A stretch of 63,897 nt of DNA, the filler included, from Candidatus Methanoxibalbensis ujae (GTDB taxonomy: Archaea; Halobacteriota; Syntropharchaeia; Alkanophagales; Methanospirareceae), in NCBI GenBank assembly GCA_026134085.1. It is 4 parts of 4 records of this genome, joined end to end, with 100 filler letters (N's around TTAATTAATTAA, not from the genome) between each part and the next. Parts side by side here need not be neighbours in the genome. Positions count along the whole stretch, not along the records: positions 37,506 to 51,906 come from JAOQIN010000042.1; 3 more parts are not named here. One strand, given 5' to 3'. Each line of letters starts with the position of its first letter. Within the stretch, counting starts at the first letter, position 1. Shown piece after piece: positions 40,459-50,129 of this stretch. The position numbers were made by a program, and so were the translations under genes. Under the pieces are notes generated by a model. That model had not been told where the DNA came from, made no database searches, and worked only from the letters and a program-made list of their open reading frames with translations.

Positions 40459-41097
40459 GTGAGATGTGGTATGTTTGAGAGGATTTTGGTATTGAGTCCG
40501 CACACGGATGACGGCGAGCTTGGATGCGGAGGAAGCATAGCGAGATTTGTAGAGGAGGGAAAAGAAGTGTTTTATGTAGCGCTATCAAGCTGTGAGAAAT
40601 CAGTTCCTTTGGGTTGTCCTAAGGATATATTGAGAGAAGAGGTGAAGAAAGCAACGGAGATATTGGGGATAAAAAGAGAGAATCTGATGATTTTGAATTT
40701 TGAGGTGAGGGAATTTCCGAGGAGCAGGCAGGAAATATTGGACGCCCTAATAGATGTGAGAAGAATTGTGGAACCTGACATGGTCCTGACCCCTTCCTCA
40801 TACGACACGCATCAGGACCATAAAGTTACGAGGGAAGAAACACTGAGAGCATTCAAAGGATGCACAATCCTCGGATATGAACAACCCTGGAACAATATCA
40901 CTTTTGACACGATTGCTTTCGTCATTCTTGATGAGAGGCATGTTGAAAAGAAAATAAGGGCATTGAAAAGTTACGAATCACAGAAGGATAGGGCTTATTT
41001 CAGCGAAGATTTCGTGAGAAGCCTTGCGAGGACGAGAGGCATTCAAATAAATGCGAAATATGCAGAGGCTTTTGAGGTGATAAGATGGATAATCTGA
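40459..41097 (+). CDS. PIG-L/LmbE-family N-acetylsugar deacetylase
   Basis: SPHTDDGELGCGG, HQDH, K..AL..YESQ, AEAFE. Confidence 0.9.
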   Translation: MRCGMFERILVLSPHTDDGELGCGGSIARFVEEGKEVFYVALSSCEKSVPLGCPKDILREEVKKATEILGIKRENLMILNFEVREFPRSRQEILDALIDVRRIVEPDMVLTPSSYDTHQDHKVTREETLRAFKGCTILGYEQPWNNITFDTIAFVILDERHVEKKIRALKSYESQKDRAYFSEDFVRSLARTRGIQINAKYAEAFEVIRWII

Positions 41098-41205
41098 TTT
41101 CGCTTTTCAGAGGTTCAGTAGTTTTTCCGCCCGCTGAGAGAAACATGTGATTATTTATAGGGAAAACAGGGAAAATTATATTACTTACGGTGAGAATAAA
41201 AAGAG

Positions 41206-41583
41206 ATGCTCACATACGAGAGCCTCCTCGCCGGCTTTCGGAGGGGAATGAGGAACGGAAATTGGAAGAGGCTGAGCGTGTTTGAGCGTGCTTTACTTCT
41301 CGCCTCGCTTTCATATGCGAAAATACGAAGAAGAATAGTGAGCGGGCATCTCTCCATGCGACTCGCTGAAATTTTGGAGAAATTGAAAGAGACACCTGCG
41401 ATGAGGGTGTTCAGGCGAGGACTTGAAAAAGCATGCGAGCTGCTCATGTATGGCGAGAGAAGAGGGCTCTTCTCCTGGGCGCCTTCGTTAAAGGAATGGC
41501 TGAAAGACCCTAATTATATATTCTGGCTTGGAACGGTGCAAAGTGAAAGAATCAGACGATGGACTTGCTTGCATGGGGTTTGA
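41206..41583 (+). CDS. Conserved archaeal hypothetical protein
   Basis: Intact 125-aa ORF with an upstream TATA-like sequence; RNGNWKRL...WAP.LKEWLKDPNYIFWLG. Confidence 0.6.
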   Translation: MLTYESLLAGFRRGMRNGNWKRLSVFERALLLASLSYAKIRRRIVSGHLSMRLAEILEKLKETPAMRVFRRGLEKACELLMYGERRGLFSWAPSLKEWLKDPNYIFWLGTVQSERIRRWTCLHGV

Positions 41584-41661
41584 GGATAAATTGCGGGAGC
41601 GGAGAGTGAAGAGAATAAGCAGTGATTCGGATGCGCTTTTAATGATTTTAAGTGAAATAGA

Positions 41662-41729
41662 GTCGCTACGCTTCGACCCAAATTCACAATATCGGGTGAA
41701 TCATATACACACAAACCGTTGTCCGAAAT
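41662..41729 (+). repeat. attC-like repeat copy 1
   Basis: GTCGCTACGCTTCGAC...TCATATAC...CAAACCGTTGTCCGAAAT, immediately before the MNT gene. Confidence 0.6.
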
Positions 41730-41743
41730 TCCTCCGTTAAGAG

Positions 41744-42031
41744 GTGAAGAATATGGATGAAATAATAGATAAATTAGTATCAATCTTAAAGAAACATGGT
41801 GCAAAGAAAATTGAGATATTTGGTTCTTATGCCAGGGGTGAGCAGAAAGAGACAAGTGATTTGGATGTCATCGTGGAATTTGAAAAAAGAAAAAGTTTGC
41901 TTGAGCTTGTGGGAATAGAACAAGAATTGGAAGATGCGTTGGGCATAAAAGTAGATTTACTCACAAGGGCGTCTATTAGTCCGTATTTGATAGAAAGAAT
42001 TGAAAAAGAATCAAAGGTCGTGCTTGGATGA
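41744..42031 (+). CDS. Minimal nucleotidyltransferase (MNT) antitoxin
   Basis: IFGSYARGE...SDLDVIVEF, KVDLLT. Confidence 0.9.
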   Translation: MKNMDEIIDKLVSILKKHGAKKIEIFGSYARGEQKETSDLDVIVEFEKRKSLLELVGIEQELEDALGIKVDLLTRASISPYLIERIEKESKVVLG

Positions 42032-42367
42032 AGAAAGATGACTCAATATTTCTTAAGCACATGTTAGACGCCATTAATCTAATAGAAGAATATTTTAGAG
42101 ATAAAGACTATGATGAGTTTAAAAACAATCGTATGCTTCAAGATGCAGTGATAAGGGAAATAGAAATAATCGGGGAAGCTACTAAAAATCTTTCAATGGA
42201 GTTTAGAAACAAACATCCGAATATACCATAAAGACAAATAGCTGGGATGAGGGATAAATTTAATACATGGATATTTCGGTGTAGATACAGACGCTGTATG
42301 GGATACAGTGATGAAAGATATACCATCACTAAAAGAAAAACTCCAGAAAATCATAAAAGAGAAATGA
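42028..42367 (+). pseudogene. HEPN (DUF86) toxin, inactivated
   Basis: DAVIREIEIIGEA..., IP*RQIAGMRDK then frameshift to LIHGYFGVD..VWD; TAA stands at the conserved Trp. Confidence 0.88.
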
Positions 42368-42411
42368 GTGGTTCGGAACTCTCGCTTTCGGATTGCTCGG
42401 TGCTATCACAC

Positions 42412-42479
42412 TCGGACAAGAGTGGCGTCGCTACGCTTCGACACAATCAGGCGTCATATACCAGCAAACCGTTAAGCGA
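42412..42479 (+). repeat. attC-like repeat copy 2
   Basis: TCGGACAA...GTCGCTACGCTTCGAC...TCATATAC...CAAACCGTTAAGC (GTTRRRY). Confidence 0.6.
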
Positions 42480-42516
42480 CAGATAACAGATTAAGTAATA
42501 ATGTGGGCTGAGGATC

Positions 42517-42784
42517 ATGGAAATAAGAGATATGCTTGAAGCATTTAAAAAAGAAATTGAAAAATTGTATGGCAAAAGATTAAAAAAGGTCATTCTCTAT
42601 GGCTCATATGCGAGAGGAGATGCCACAGAAGACTCGGACATAGATTTACTCATCGTTCTTGAAGGGAAAAGTAATCCAAGGAGAAGAACATAATCACGAT
42701 AATTATATCTTTTATCTTCAGATAAATAAAAAGATCAAAAGCCCGCTGCTCATAAATGTGTGGAGAGAAGGCATGCCAGCATGA
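42517..42784 (+). pseudogene. Second MNT nucleotidyltransferase, degraded
   Basis: MEIRDMLEAFKKEIEKLYGKRLKKVILYGSYARGDATEDSDIDLLIV...* then SPLLINVWREG. Confidence 0.8.
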
Positions 42785-42900
42785 AAGAGATAGAATCTTT
42801 GGTGGAGAAAGGCGGAAAAATATTTAAGAAGTGCTGAAATACTGCTCAAAGAAAGTGATTATGAATCTTCTGTTTCAAGAACCTACTATGCGATTTTGGG
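42781..42900 (+). pseudogene. Second HEPN-domain gene (UPF0332-like), truncated
   Basis: MKEIESLVEK/EKYLRSAEILLKESDYESSVSRTYYA across a frameshift. Confidence 0.72.
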
Positions 42901-42979
42901 AGAAAATCGCAGAGAAGGAGAAGACTGCTCTGCTTGACCCTTATTACCCTCCTATAAAGAGAACAAAACAACAAAAGAA

Positions 42980-44047
42980 ATGAAAATACTTGTAAATATG
43001 GGACATCCTGCGCATGTTCATTTTTTCAAATATATGATAAAAAATCTTGAGAAGGCGGGACATACAGTAAATATTGTGGCGAGAGATAAAGATGTTACAT
43101 TGAAGTTGCTAAATATTTATGGTTTCAAATACGAAGTCATAAGCAGATACTATTATACTATGCTTGGTAAAATGCATAATTTCATTCAAACAGTCAGAAA
43201 ATTACTTAAAAAGGCGAGGAAGATGAGGCCTGACATGCTGATAGGAGTTGGAGACCCCTACGTGGCACATGTAGGGAGATTGATAGGTAAGCCATCCATC
43301 GTGTTTACAGATACGGAAGATGCGAAATTGGCAAATGTATTGACATTTCCCTTCGCATCTGTGATATGCACACCATTATGTTTCAAAGAAGATTTGGGAA
43401 GGAAGCATGTCCGATACAACGGCTATCATGAACTTGCATATCTGCATCCTAATTATTTCAAACCTGATGAGAATGTGCTTGATTTTCTCAATGATAACGA
43501 TAAGATAATTATTGTAAGGTTTATATCATGGTCGGCTTCTCATGATATAGGATTAAGGGGAATAAAAAGTAGAACAGATTTTATCAGAACACTTGAAAAT
43601 TACGGTCGGGTGTTCATAACTTCTGAAGGAAAACTTGAGAAGAACTTAGAAAAATACAGACTGAGAATATCACCTGAGAAAATCCATTCGCTGCTATATT
43701 ATGCAGACTTATACATAGGAGAGGGGGGAACAATGGCAGCGGAAGCAGCTATACTTGGAACGCCCTCTATACATATAGAATCAACTTCTAAGGGGATTGC
43801 AACTGGCGAGTTAAGTGGAAACTTCATTGAATTGCGTGATAAATATGGACTTCTATATTTCTACCCTGATCAAAATAAAGCGTTGGAGAAGGCGATAGAA
43901 ATATTGGAAAATGGGAACTCAAAGAAGGAATGGCAGAGGAAGAGGGAGAGGCTTTTGAGCGAGAAGATAGATGTGACCGCATGGATGACCGATTTCATTG
44001 AAAGATACCCTGATAGCTTCTATGAAAACAAAAATCGAGGGATTTGA
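42980..44047 (+). CDS. DUF354-family glycosyltransferase-like protein
   Basis: HPAHVHFFK, RDKDVT, FTDTE, GYHELAYLHP, EGGTMAAEAAILGTP. Confidence 0.85.
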   Translation: MKILVNMGHPAHVHFFKYMIKNLEKAGHTVNIVARDKDVTLKLLNIYGFKYEVISRYYYTMLGKMHNFIQTVRKLLKKARKMRPDMLIGVGDPYVAHVGRLIGKPSIVFTDTEDAKLANVLTFPFASVICTPLCFKEDLGRKHVRYNGYHELAYLHPNYFKPDENVLDFLNDNDKIIIVRFISWSASHDIGLRGIKSRTDFIRTLENYGRVFITSEGKLEKNLEKYRLRISPEKIHSLLYYADLYIGEGGTMAAEAAILGTPSIHIESTSKGIATGELSGNFIELRDKYGLLYFYPDQNKALEKAIEILENGNSKKEWQRKRERLLSEKIDVTAWMTDFIERYPDSFYENKNRGI

Positions 44048-44853
44048 GAAGGAATATGATGAGAAATATATGGGTGAATGAGGCATTTGTCGAACAATTG
44101 GACGACATGCTGAGAAGGAGGAAGAGGGAAAGAAGTGATGAACTATTTTATTACGGAAGGGTTGTTTTAGTTGATACCTTATTAAAAGTTAAAGATGGAG
44201 ATTATGTTTTAGATATAGGCTGTGGCGGGGGAGACACAATAAAAAGATACGAGAATAGATGTTTCGTTGTAGGTATAGACATTTCAAGAAAAATGTGTAA
44301 AGAAGCAAAGAAGAACATATCAAGAGGCGAAATTGTGATTGCAAGCATGGAACATCTCCCATTTAAAGATGGAGTTATGGATAAGGTTGTGGCAGTTTAC
44401 TCTATTGTTTATTCTCCACATAAGCGGAAAATTATGAAAGAAATATCAAGAGTTTTGAGAGAGAAGGGAGAACTTGTCATTTATGACCCAAATAGAATCA
44501 GTATAAGGACTTTAATTCGGCGTCTTTTATGTATAAAATTCTCCATTTCGGGAGAAAAAGATAATCCGAAATACATTCATCATAAAATTGTCACAAAACA
44601 GGCATTGAGTTACTTTGATTTCAGAAATCTCGGATATGAAGTGAATCTTAATTTAGTCTATTGGTGCGGAATATTTTCTATTCATACTTTTTTACCCTCA
44701 AAAATATTTTCACTTATGGATAAATTAGGCTATAAGAAATGGGGAAATGCTCCTATATTGAAATTCTTTTCGGACTTTCTTATCCTTAAATTTGTAAAAG
44801 ATAGAGAGAAAGAAAACTGCAAGGAGGGAAGAAAAGAGGAAAATGTATTCTAA
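44044..44853 (+). CDS. Class I SAM-dependent methyltransferase
   Basis: VLDIGCGGG, GIDIS, LPFKD. Confidence 0.85.
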   Translation: MRRNMMRNIWVNEAFVEQLDDMLRRRKRERSDELFYYGRVVLVDTLLKVKDGDYVLDIGCGGGDTIKRYENRCFVVGIDISRKMCKEAKKNISRGEIVIASMEHLPFKDGVMDKVVAVYSIVYSPHKRKIMKEISRVLREKGELVIYDPNRISIRTLIRRLLCIKFSISGEKDNPKYIHHKIVTKQALSYFDFRNLGYEVNLNLVYWCGIFSIHTFLPSKIFSLMDKLGYKKWGNAPILKFFSDFLILKFVKDREKENCKEGRKEENVF

Positions 44854-46195
44854 GCTTTTCAGGTGTGTTATATTTCCATTAATGGAGCTTTCACAGGGAA
44901 CGAAGATACAGAAATATTTGAAATGGCTTGAGAAAACGCAATGGTGGAGGTCTGAAGAGCTTGAGGAGTTGCAAAACAAAAGGCTGAGATCTTTAATTAG
45001 ACATGCGTATGAAAACGTTCCGTATTATCATAGGTTGTTTAAGGAATTGAAACTGAGACCTGATGATATAAAGACAAAAGATGACTTGCATAAGCTGCCA
45101 GTTTTAACCAAAGAAACTATCAGAGAAAATCTTTCAGAGTTTATAGCTAAGAATATTCCTAAATCACAACGAATCGAGGCTCATTCAAGCGGTTCTACTG
45201 GTGAGCCTTTAAAATACTATATAGATAAGCAGTCGTACAGCTATGGCTGGGCACAAACATTTCGATGCTGGAGTTGGGCGGGATTCAGACTTGGGGATCC
45301 CTATGTGAAAGTAAGTTTGAATCCCCGAATCGGATTTAAAAAGAAATTGCAAGATAGGCTGATGAAATGCACATACATTTACGCCTCGGCGGATATTACC
45401 AAGGAAACGTTTCCCAGTCTCCTTAAAATCATTGAAAATGCAAAACCAAAGATAATTCGGGGATATGCTTCATCTATATACATATTTGCAAGGTTTATGG
45501 AGGAATTGAATTTAAGGCCAAATCACACGCCAAATGCGATAATGACGACAGGTGAAATTTTATTCCCACACTACAGGGAACTGATCGAATCCATCTTTAA
45601 CACTCAGGTTTACGATGGTTACGGAGGTGAAAGCACACCTATCGCTTTTGAATGTGAAGAACACAATTATCATCTTTGCGATGAAACTGTGATAGTTGAG
45701 TTCATAGGAAGAGACAACCAACAGGTTTCTGAAGGAGAAATGGGTGAAATTGTGATCACTAATCTTGTTAATTATGCCATGCCGATGATAAGATATAAAA
45801 TAGGTGATATTGGTACTCCTTCAAAAGATCTCTGCTCATGCGGAAGGGGTCTTTCGGTAATGGAATCTATAAAAGGGAGAGATACAGATATAGTTGTGAC
45901 ACCAAACGGAGGATTCTTGGTAGTTCACTTCTTTACAATTCTATTTGAGCATATTGAAGGCGTGGAACAGTTTCAGGTTATCCAGGATAAAATAGATAGA
46001 TTAAGGATAAAAATAGTTAAGAATGAAAAATTCACGGATGCCGATCTTAATTATATAATTTCATGGATAAAGAGACATGCTGGTGATGAAATGGAAGTAA
46101 ATATTGAATTCGTTGATTCGATACCTCCTGCTAGATCTGGAAAAAGAAGATTTGTTATATCAAAATTTTGGAATAGAGGGGGAGAGAAATTATGA
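44843..46195 (+). CDS. Phenylacetate-CoA ligase family (CapK-like adenylating enzyme)
   Basis: HAYENVPYY, SSGSTGEP, YG..E, MPMIRYKIGD, GR..D, SGK. Confidence 0.88.
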   Translation: MYSKLFRCVIFPLMELSQGTKIQKYLKWLEKTQWWRSEELEELQNKRLRSLIRHAYENVPYYHRLFKELKLRPDDIKTKDDLHKLPVLTKETIRENLSEFIAKNIPKSQRIEAHSSGSTGEPLKYYIDKQSYSYGWAQTFRCWSWAGFRLGDPYVKVSLNPRIGFKKKLQDRLMKCTYIYASADITKETFPSLLKIIENAKPKIIRGYASSIYIFARFMEELNLRPNHTPNAIMTTGEILFPHYRELIESIFNTQVYDGYGGESTPIAFECEEHNYHLCDETVIVEFIGRDNQQVSEGEMGEIVITNLVNYAMPMIRYKIGDIGTPSKDLCSCGRGLSVMESIKGRDTDIVVTPNGGFLVVHFFTILFEHIEGVEQFQVIQDKIDRLRIKIVKNEKFTDADLNYIISWIKRHAGDEMEVNIEFVDSIPPARSGKRRFVISKFWNRGGEKL

Positions 46196-47448
46196 AAATT
46201 TTTTTATGTGCATATTCATTTCCTCCCATATCTGGACCTCAGTCATTGAGATGGCTTAAATTGATTAAATATATCTCTAAAAGATGGAATGTTGATGTGC
46301 TTACAATTAATCCAGCAAAGGGATATGGAAGATATAGTGCTGATTTACTCAAAGAAGTACCAAGTAATGTACGTATTTTCCGAACGTATCCCGGCATTAT
46401 GCATCGTATAGTTTATAGCAGATACAGGAATTCTTCCTCGATAAGATATCAAAAACTGAAAAATAGTAAAGAGGAAAGGATATTAAGGAAAATTTACCGA
46501 GCTGTATTGCATATATTTATACCTGATAGGATGGTGGAATGGTTACCATTTGCGTTAAGAGAAGGTAAAAAACTTCTGAATGAGAATAAATATAGATTAA
46601 TAATATCCTCTGCTTTTCCCTTTTCTTCTCACATCGTGGCCTTCTTTTTAAAAAGATGGAGTTCTCTTCCATGGATCGCAGATTATGGAGATCCATGGGC
46701 GCTATGCTCCTCTTCACCGTTAGATAGGAAAATTGAGGAAATACTTGTGAGATCTATGGATAGAATAATTGTTACTACTGAGGAAACAAGAAGAGGGTAC
46801 CTAAGTTGTTATCCTTTATCTGAAAACAAAGTAATAGTCATACCTCAAGGATTTGAAGAGGAACTCTACGACCGAATAAAGCCTATAACTTCAGATAATT
46901 TTATGATCGTATTTACAGGAAATTTATCATATAGTGCAAGAGGACCCGAACGACTCTTTGATGCTTTAACTATGATAAAAGAGGATTTCAAGATGGTGAT
47001 AACAGGATATCCTTCGCCTAATGTGGTAGATTACATAAAAAAGATAGGTATAAATGAGAAAGTGGAATTTACTGGTTTTATCCCACAAGAAGAAGTTATC
47101 GCTCTGCAAAAAGGCGCATCTGTTCTTGTTTCCTTTGGTTGGAAAGGAGGATATCAAGTTCCTGGTAAAATTTTTGAATATATGGCTGCAAGAAGGCCAA
47201 TATTACATATTACTTATGATGAAAAAGATATTGCTGCAAAGATTATTAAAAATTATAATAAAGGTATTGTTGTGGAAAATGACCCTATAAGTATCTATGA
47301 GGGAATTGAGAAACTTTATTCATTATGGAAACGGGATGAATATGAGGAGACATTTGACCTTTCTTTAGATGATTTTTTAGATGAATTTTCGTGGAAAAAA
47401 TTGGGAGAGAGACTTGAAAGGGTGATTGAAGATGTATTGGTATCATGA
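46192..47448 (+). CDS. GT4-family glycosyltransferase
   Basis: YSFPP...RW, DYGDPW, PGKIFEYMAARRPIL. Confidence 0.85.
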   Translation: MKIFLCAYSFPPISGPQSLRWLKLIKYISKRWNVDVLTINPAKGYGRYSADLLKEVPSNVRIFRTYPGIMHRIVYSRYRNSSSIRYQKLKNSKEERILRKIYRAVLHIFIPDRMVEWLPFALREGKKLLNENKYRLIISSAFPFSSHIVAFFLKRWSSLPWIADYGDPWALCSSSPLDRKIEEILVRSMDRIIVTTEETRRGYLSCYPLSENKVIVIPQGFEEELYDRIKPITSDNFMIVFTGNLSYSARGPERLFDALTMIKEDFKMVITGYPSPNVVDYIKKIGINEKVEFTGFIPQEEVIALQKGASVLVSFGWKGGYQVPGKIFEYMAARRPILHITYDEKDIAAKIIKNYNKGIVVENDPISIYEGIEKLYSLWKRDEYEETFDLSLDDFLDEFSWKKLGERLERVIEDVLVS

Positions 47449-48190
47449 TGTTATATTAAGGATTAAGGATAGATTGCCAAAGTTTACTAAGAGGTGGTTA
47501 TCAGGTCTATATGATAGATTGGCGATAGATAAGAAAATTTTGGAGGATTTAATGGAGTATTATGACATGAGTAAGGAGGAAGTTATGTGCATGCTTAAAC
47601 TTGGAAGAAGACTAAACAAGGAATTATGGGATATTCTATCTCCAAAAACTGAGAAAGAAATCCTTAAATTTTATGAACATACACCGTTTTATGTATTTGA
47701 TTTGATATATTGGCATACAAGAATCAGCCAAAAGATGTTTAGAAAAGAAGTGATAAAAATTGCTAAAGGTGACATATTAGATTACGGTGCTGGTGTAGGT
47801 GATCTATGTTTAGAACTCGCGAAAAAAGGACATAGGGTAACTTATGCTGACATATACGGTAAAACCTTTGAATTCGCAAAGTGGCTTTTTGAGAGAAGGG
47901 GAGTCAGAATAAGGATGATAGACCTTTCGAGACATGACATAGGAAAGGAGGAAAGATACGATACCATAATTTGTATAGATGTAATAGAGCATGTTTTGGA
48001 TCAAAAATCCTTATTAAAAAAGCTAGTTAAGCACTTACGACCGGGAGGATTTCTAATTATAACTCACCTTAAATCAGATGAAATCCCAGAGGACTATCCC
48101 ATGCATTTTAAAATTGAGTTTGATGCCGAAGATTATCTGTTTTCATTAGGATTAGTTAAGAAAAAGGAATGGTTATGGATAAAAAAATGA
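47426..48190 (+). CDS. Class I SAM-dependent methyltransferase
   Basis: ILDYGAGVG, YDTIICIDVIEHV, LRPGG. Confidence 0.82.
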   Translation: MKMYWYHDVILRIKDRLPKFTKRWLSGLYDRLAIDKKILEDLMEYYDMSKEEVMCMLKLGRRLNKELWDILSPKTEKEILKFYEHTPFYVFDLIYWHTRISQKMFRKEVIKIAKGDILDYGAGVGDLCLELAKKGHRVTYADIYGKTFEFAKWLFERRGVRIRMIDLSRHDIGKEERYDTIICIDVIEHVLDQKSLLKKLVKHLRPGGFLIITHLKSDEIPEDYPMHFKIEFDAEDYLFSLGLVKKKEWLWIKK

Positions 48191-48208
48191 GCTTACATAT
48201 GGGCTGGA

Positions 48209-49132
48209 ATGAGAGAAGTGCAAAAAATATTCTGGCCTAGCAGCAAGAAATTTGCAGTCTGCCTGACGCATGATGTGGATGAGATCAGAAAGACATATCA
48301 GTATATAACTCGCTCGCTAAGACATCTTAAGGCTGGAAACATGAAGGGCTTAAAAGAGGAGTTTTCATCTCTCCTGCAAAAGATTAAAGGGAAAGAGCCA
48401 TACTGGACTTTTGAGGATATAATGGATTTAGAACAAAAACTCGATGTAAGGTCTACATTCTTCTTCTTAAACGAAAGTGGTAAGGTGATATTATTTGACC
48501 GAAGCACATGGCGACATTATGGCAGAAGATACGACATAACGGATAAAAAGATGGCGGAGATGATAAGAACATTGCATTCTGAGGGATGGGAAATAGGACT
48601 TCATGGCTCCTTTTATTCTTACAAGAACATTAAACTATTAAAAAAGGAGAAGGAGATGCTTGAGAAAGTATTGGGTGCGAAGGTGGAAGGAATAAGACAG
48701 CATAACCTTAACCTTGAAATTCCGCAAACATGGCAAATTCATGAGAAACTGGGTTTTGAGTATGACAGCACACTGGGATTTAACGACCGTGTGGGATTCA
48801 GGTGGGGCATCTGCTATCCTTTCCATCCCGTTGATGGAGAAGGCAGACCGCTGAAATTACTTGAAATTCCACTTGCGATAGAGGATATTGCATTATTCAG
48901 ATATGATAATCCATGGGCGGTATGCATGAAAATGATAGAGGAAGTTGAGCGGAAGGGGGGCGTATTGACAGTTTTGTGGCATCACTCTGTGTTCAATGAG
49001 CTTGAATTCCCGGGATGGGCGGAGATTTACGAGAAACTGATAAGAGTATGCAAGGAAAAGGGCGCTTGGATTACAACTGCTGGAGAAATAGCGAAATGGT
49101 GGAAGATGCAAGAAACAAATGATAGAACTTAG
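48209..49132 (+). CDS. Polysaccharide deacetylase (CE4)
   Basis: CLTHDVD, EIGLHGS, RQH.L, YDSTLG, VLWH. Confidence 0.88.
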   Translation: MREVQKIFWPSSKKFAVCLTHDVDEIRKTYQYITRSLRHLKAGNMKGLKEEFSSLLQKIKGKEPYWTFEDIMDLEQKLDVRSTFFFLNESGKVILFDRSTWRHYGRRYDITDKKMAEMIRTLHSEGWEIGLHGSFYSYKNIKLLKKEKEMLEKVLGAKVEGIRQHNLNLEIPQTWQIHEKLGFEYDSTLGFNDRVGFRWGICYPFHPVDGEGRPLKLLEIPLAIEDIALFRYDNPWAVCMKMIEEVERKGGVLTVLWHHSVFNELEFPGWAEIYEKLIRVCKEKGAWITTAGEIAKWWKMQETNDRT

Positions 49133-50129
49133 GGTTATAGGGGAAGAAGAAGCGGGAGTATGGGATGAGTTAGTTAATAAATCACCGCAAGGCTCCATAT
49201 TTCACACGTGGAGATGGCTTAAGATAGTTGAGAAGCACACGAATAGCAGACTATATCCGCTCATAGGTATGAAGGGAAATACTCCAATAGGCATTTTCCC
49301 AATTTTTTTCAAGAAGAAGGGTTTGAAGATGGTATTTTCTCCCCCACCTGGCAGTGCTATACCCTATTTGGGTCCCGCAATCGTGAATTATAATGCACTA
49401 AAACAGAGCAAGAGAGAATCCATATACAAAGGTTTTCAGAGGAGTGTGGATGAATTCATCTCAAAGTTGAAGCCTCATTACATCTCAGTATCGCTAACAC
49501 CATTTATGGATCCGAGACCTTTCGTATGGAGCGGATACAGATTGAATGCGAACTTTGATTATTATCTCATACTCACAGGAGAGGAGGAAGTATGGAAAAA
49601 TTTTGATTTAAATCTGAGACAGCACATAAAAAGGGCGGAAAAGAAAGGAATAAAGATAGAAGAGGGTTCAAAAGAAGATTTAGAGTTCATATATGATTCT
49701 CTTTTAAGGAGATATAGGGAGCAGAAGAGGATTGTGACCGTTCCGAAGGATTATCTAATGGAATTATACGATGTATTTTATCCAGAAAATCTCAAAGTGT
49801 TTATAGCGAGATATGAGGGGAAGAATGTGGGCGGAATCGTCGCACTGATATTCAAAGATAAGATTGTATTCTGGATAGGTGCGGCGAAACCTGAAATGAA
49901 AAAGGTCTCGCCCAACGATTTAGCGCAGTGGGAGGCGATAAGGTGGGGATGTTCTCATGGATTAAAGGTATATGAGGAGATAGGAGCGGGGACTGAGAGG
50001 CTTGTGGATTTCAAAAATAAGTATAATCCAGAGCTATCAATACGCTTTACCGCAGTGAAATCTTCTCTTCTATCCACTATATTCGAAAAAATTTATCCTA
50101 AACTGAAGTCATTTGGTTTTCATATATGA
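49119..50129 (+). CDS. GNAT/FemAB-like acyl or aminoacyl transferase
   Basis: WDELV..SPQGSIFHTW.WL, R..IKRAEK.G, PND...WEAI, FK.KY. Confidence 0.82.
   Translation: MIELRVIGEEEAGVWDELVNKSPQGSIFHTWRWLKIVEKHTNSRLYPLIGMKGNTPIGIFPIFFKKKGLKMVFSPPPGSAIPYLGPAIVNYNALKQSKRESIYKGFQRSVDEFISKLKPHYISVSLTPFMDPRPFVWSGYRLNANFDYYLILTGEEEVWKNFDLNLRQHIKRAEKKGIKIEEGSKEDLEFIYDSLLRRYREQKRIVTVPKDYLMELYDVFYPENLKVFIARYEGKNVGGIVALIFKDKIVFWIGAAKPEMKKVSPNDLAQWEAIRWGCSHGLKVYEEIGAGTERLVDFKNKYNPELSIRFTAVKSSLLSTIFEKIYPKLKSFGFHI

Noticed and set aside
42229..42231. In-frame stop in HEPN (and TAG in cmr1) as Sec/Pyl recoding
   Set aside because: The HEPN stop is TAA, and both genes also carry frameshifts, which fits pseudogenisation.
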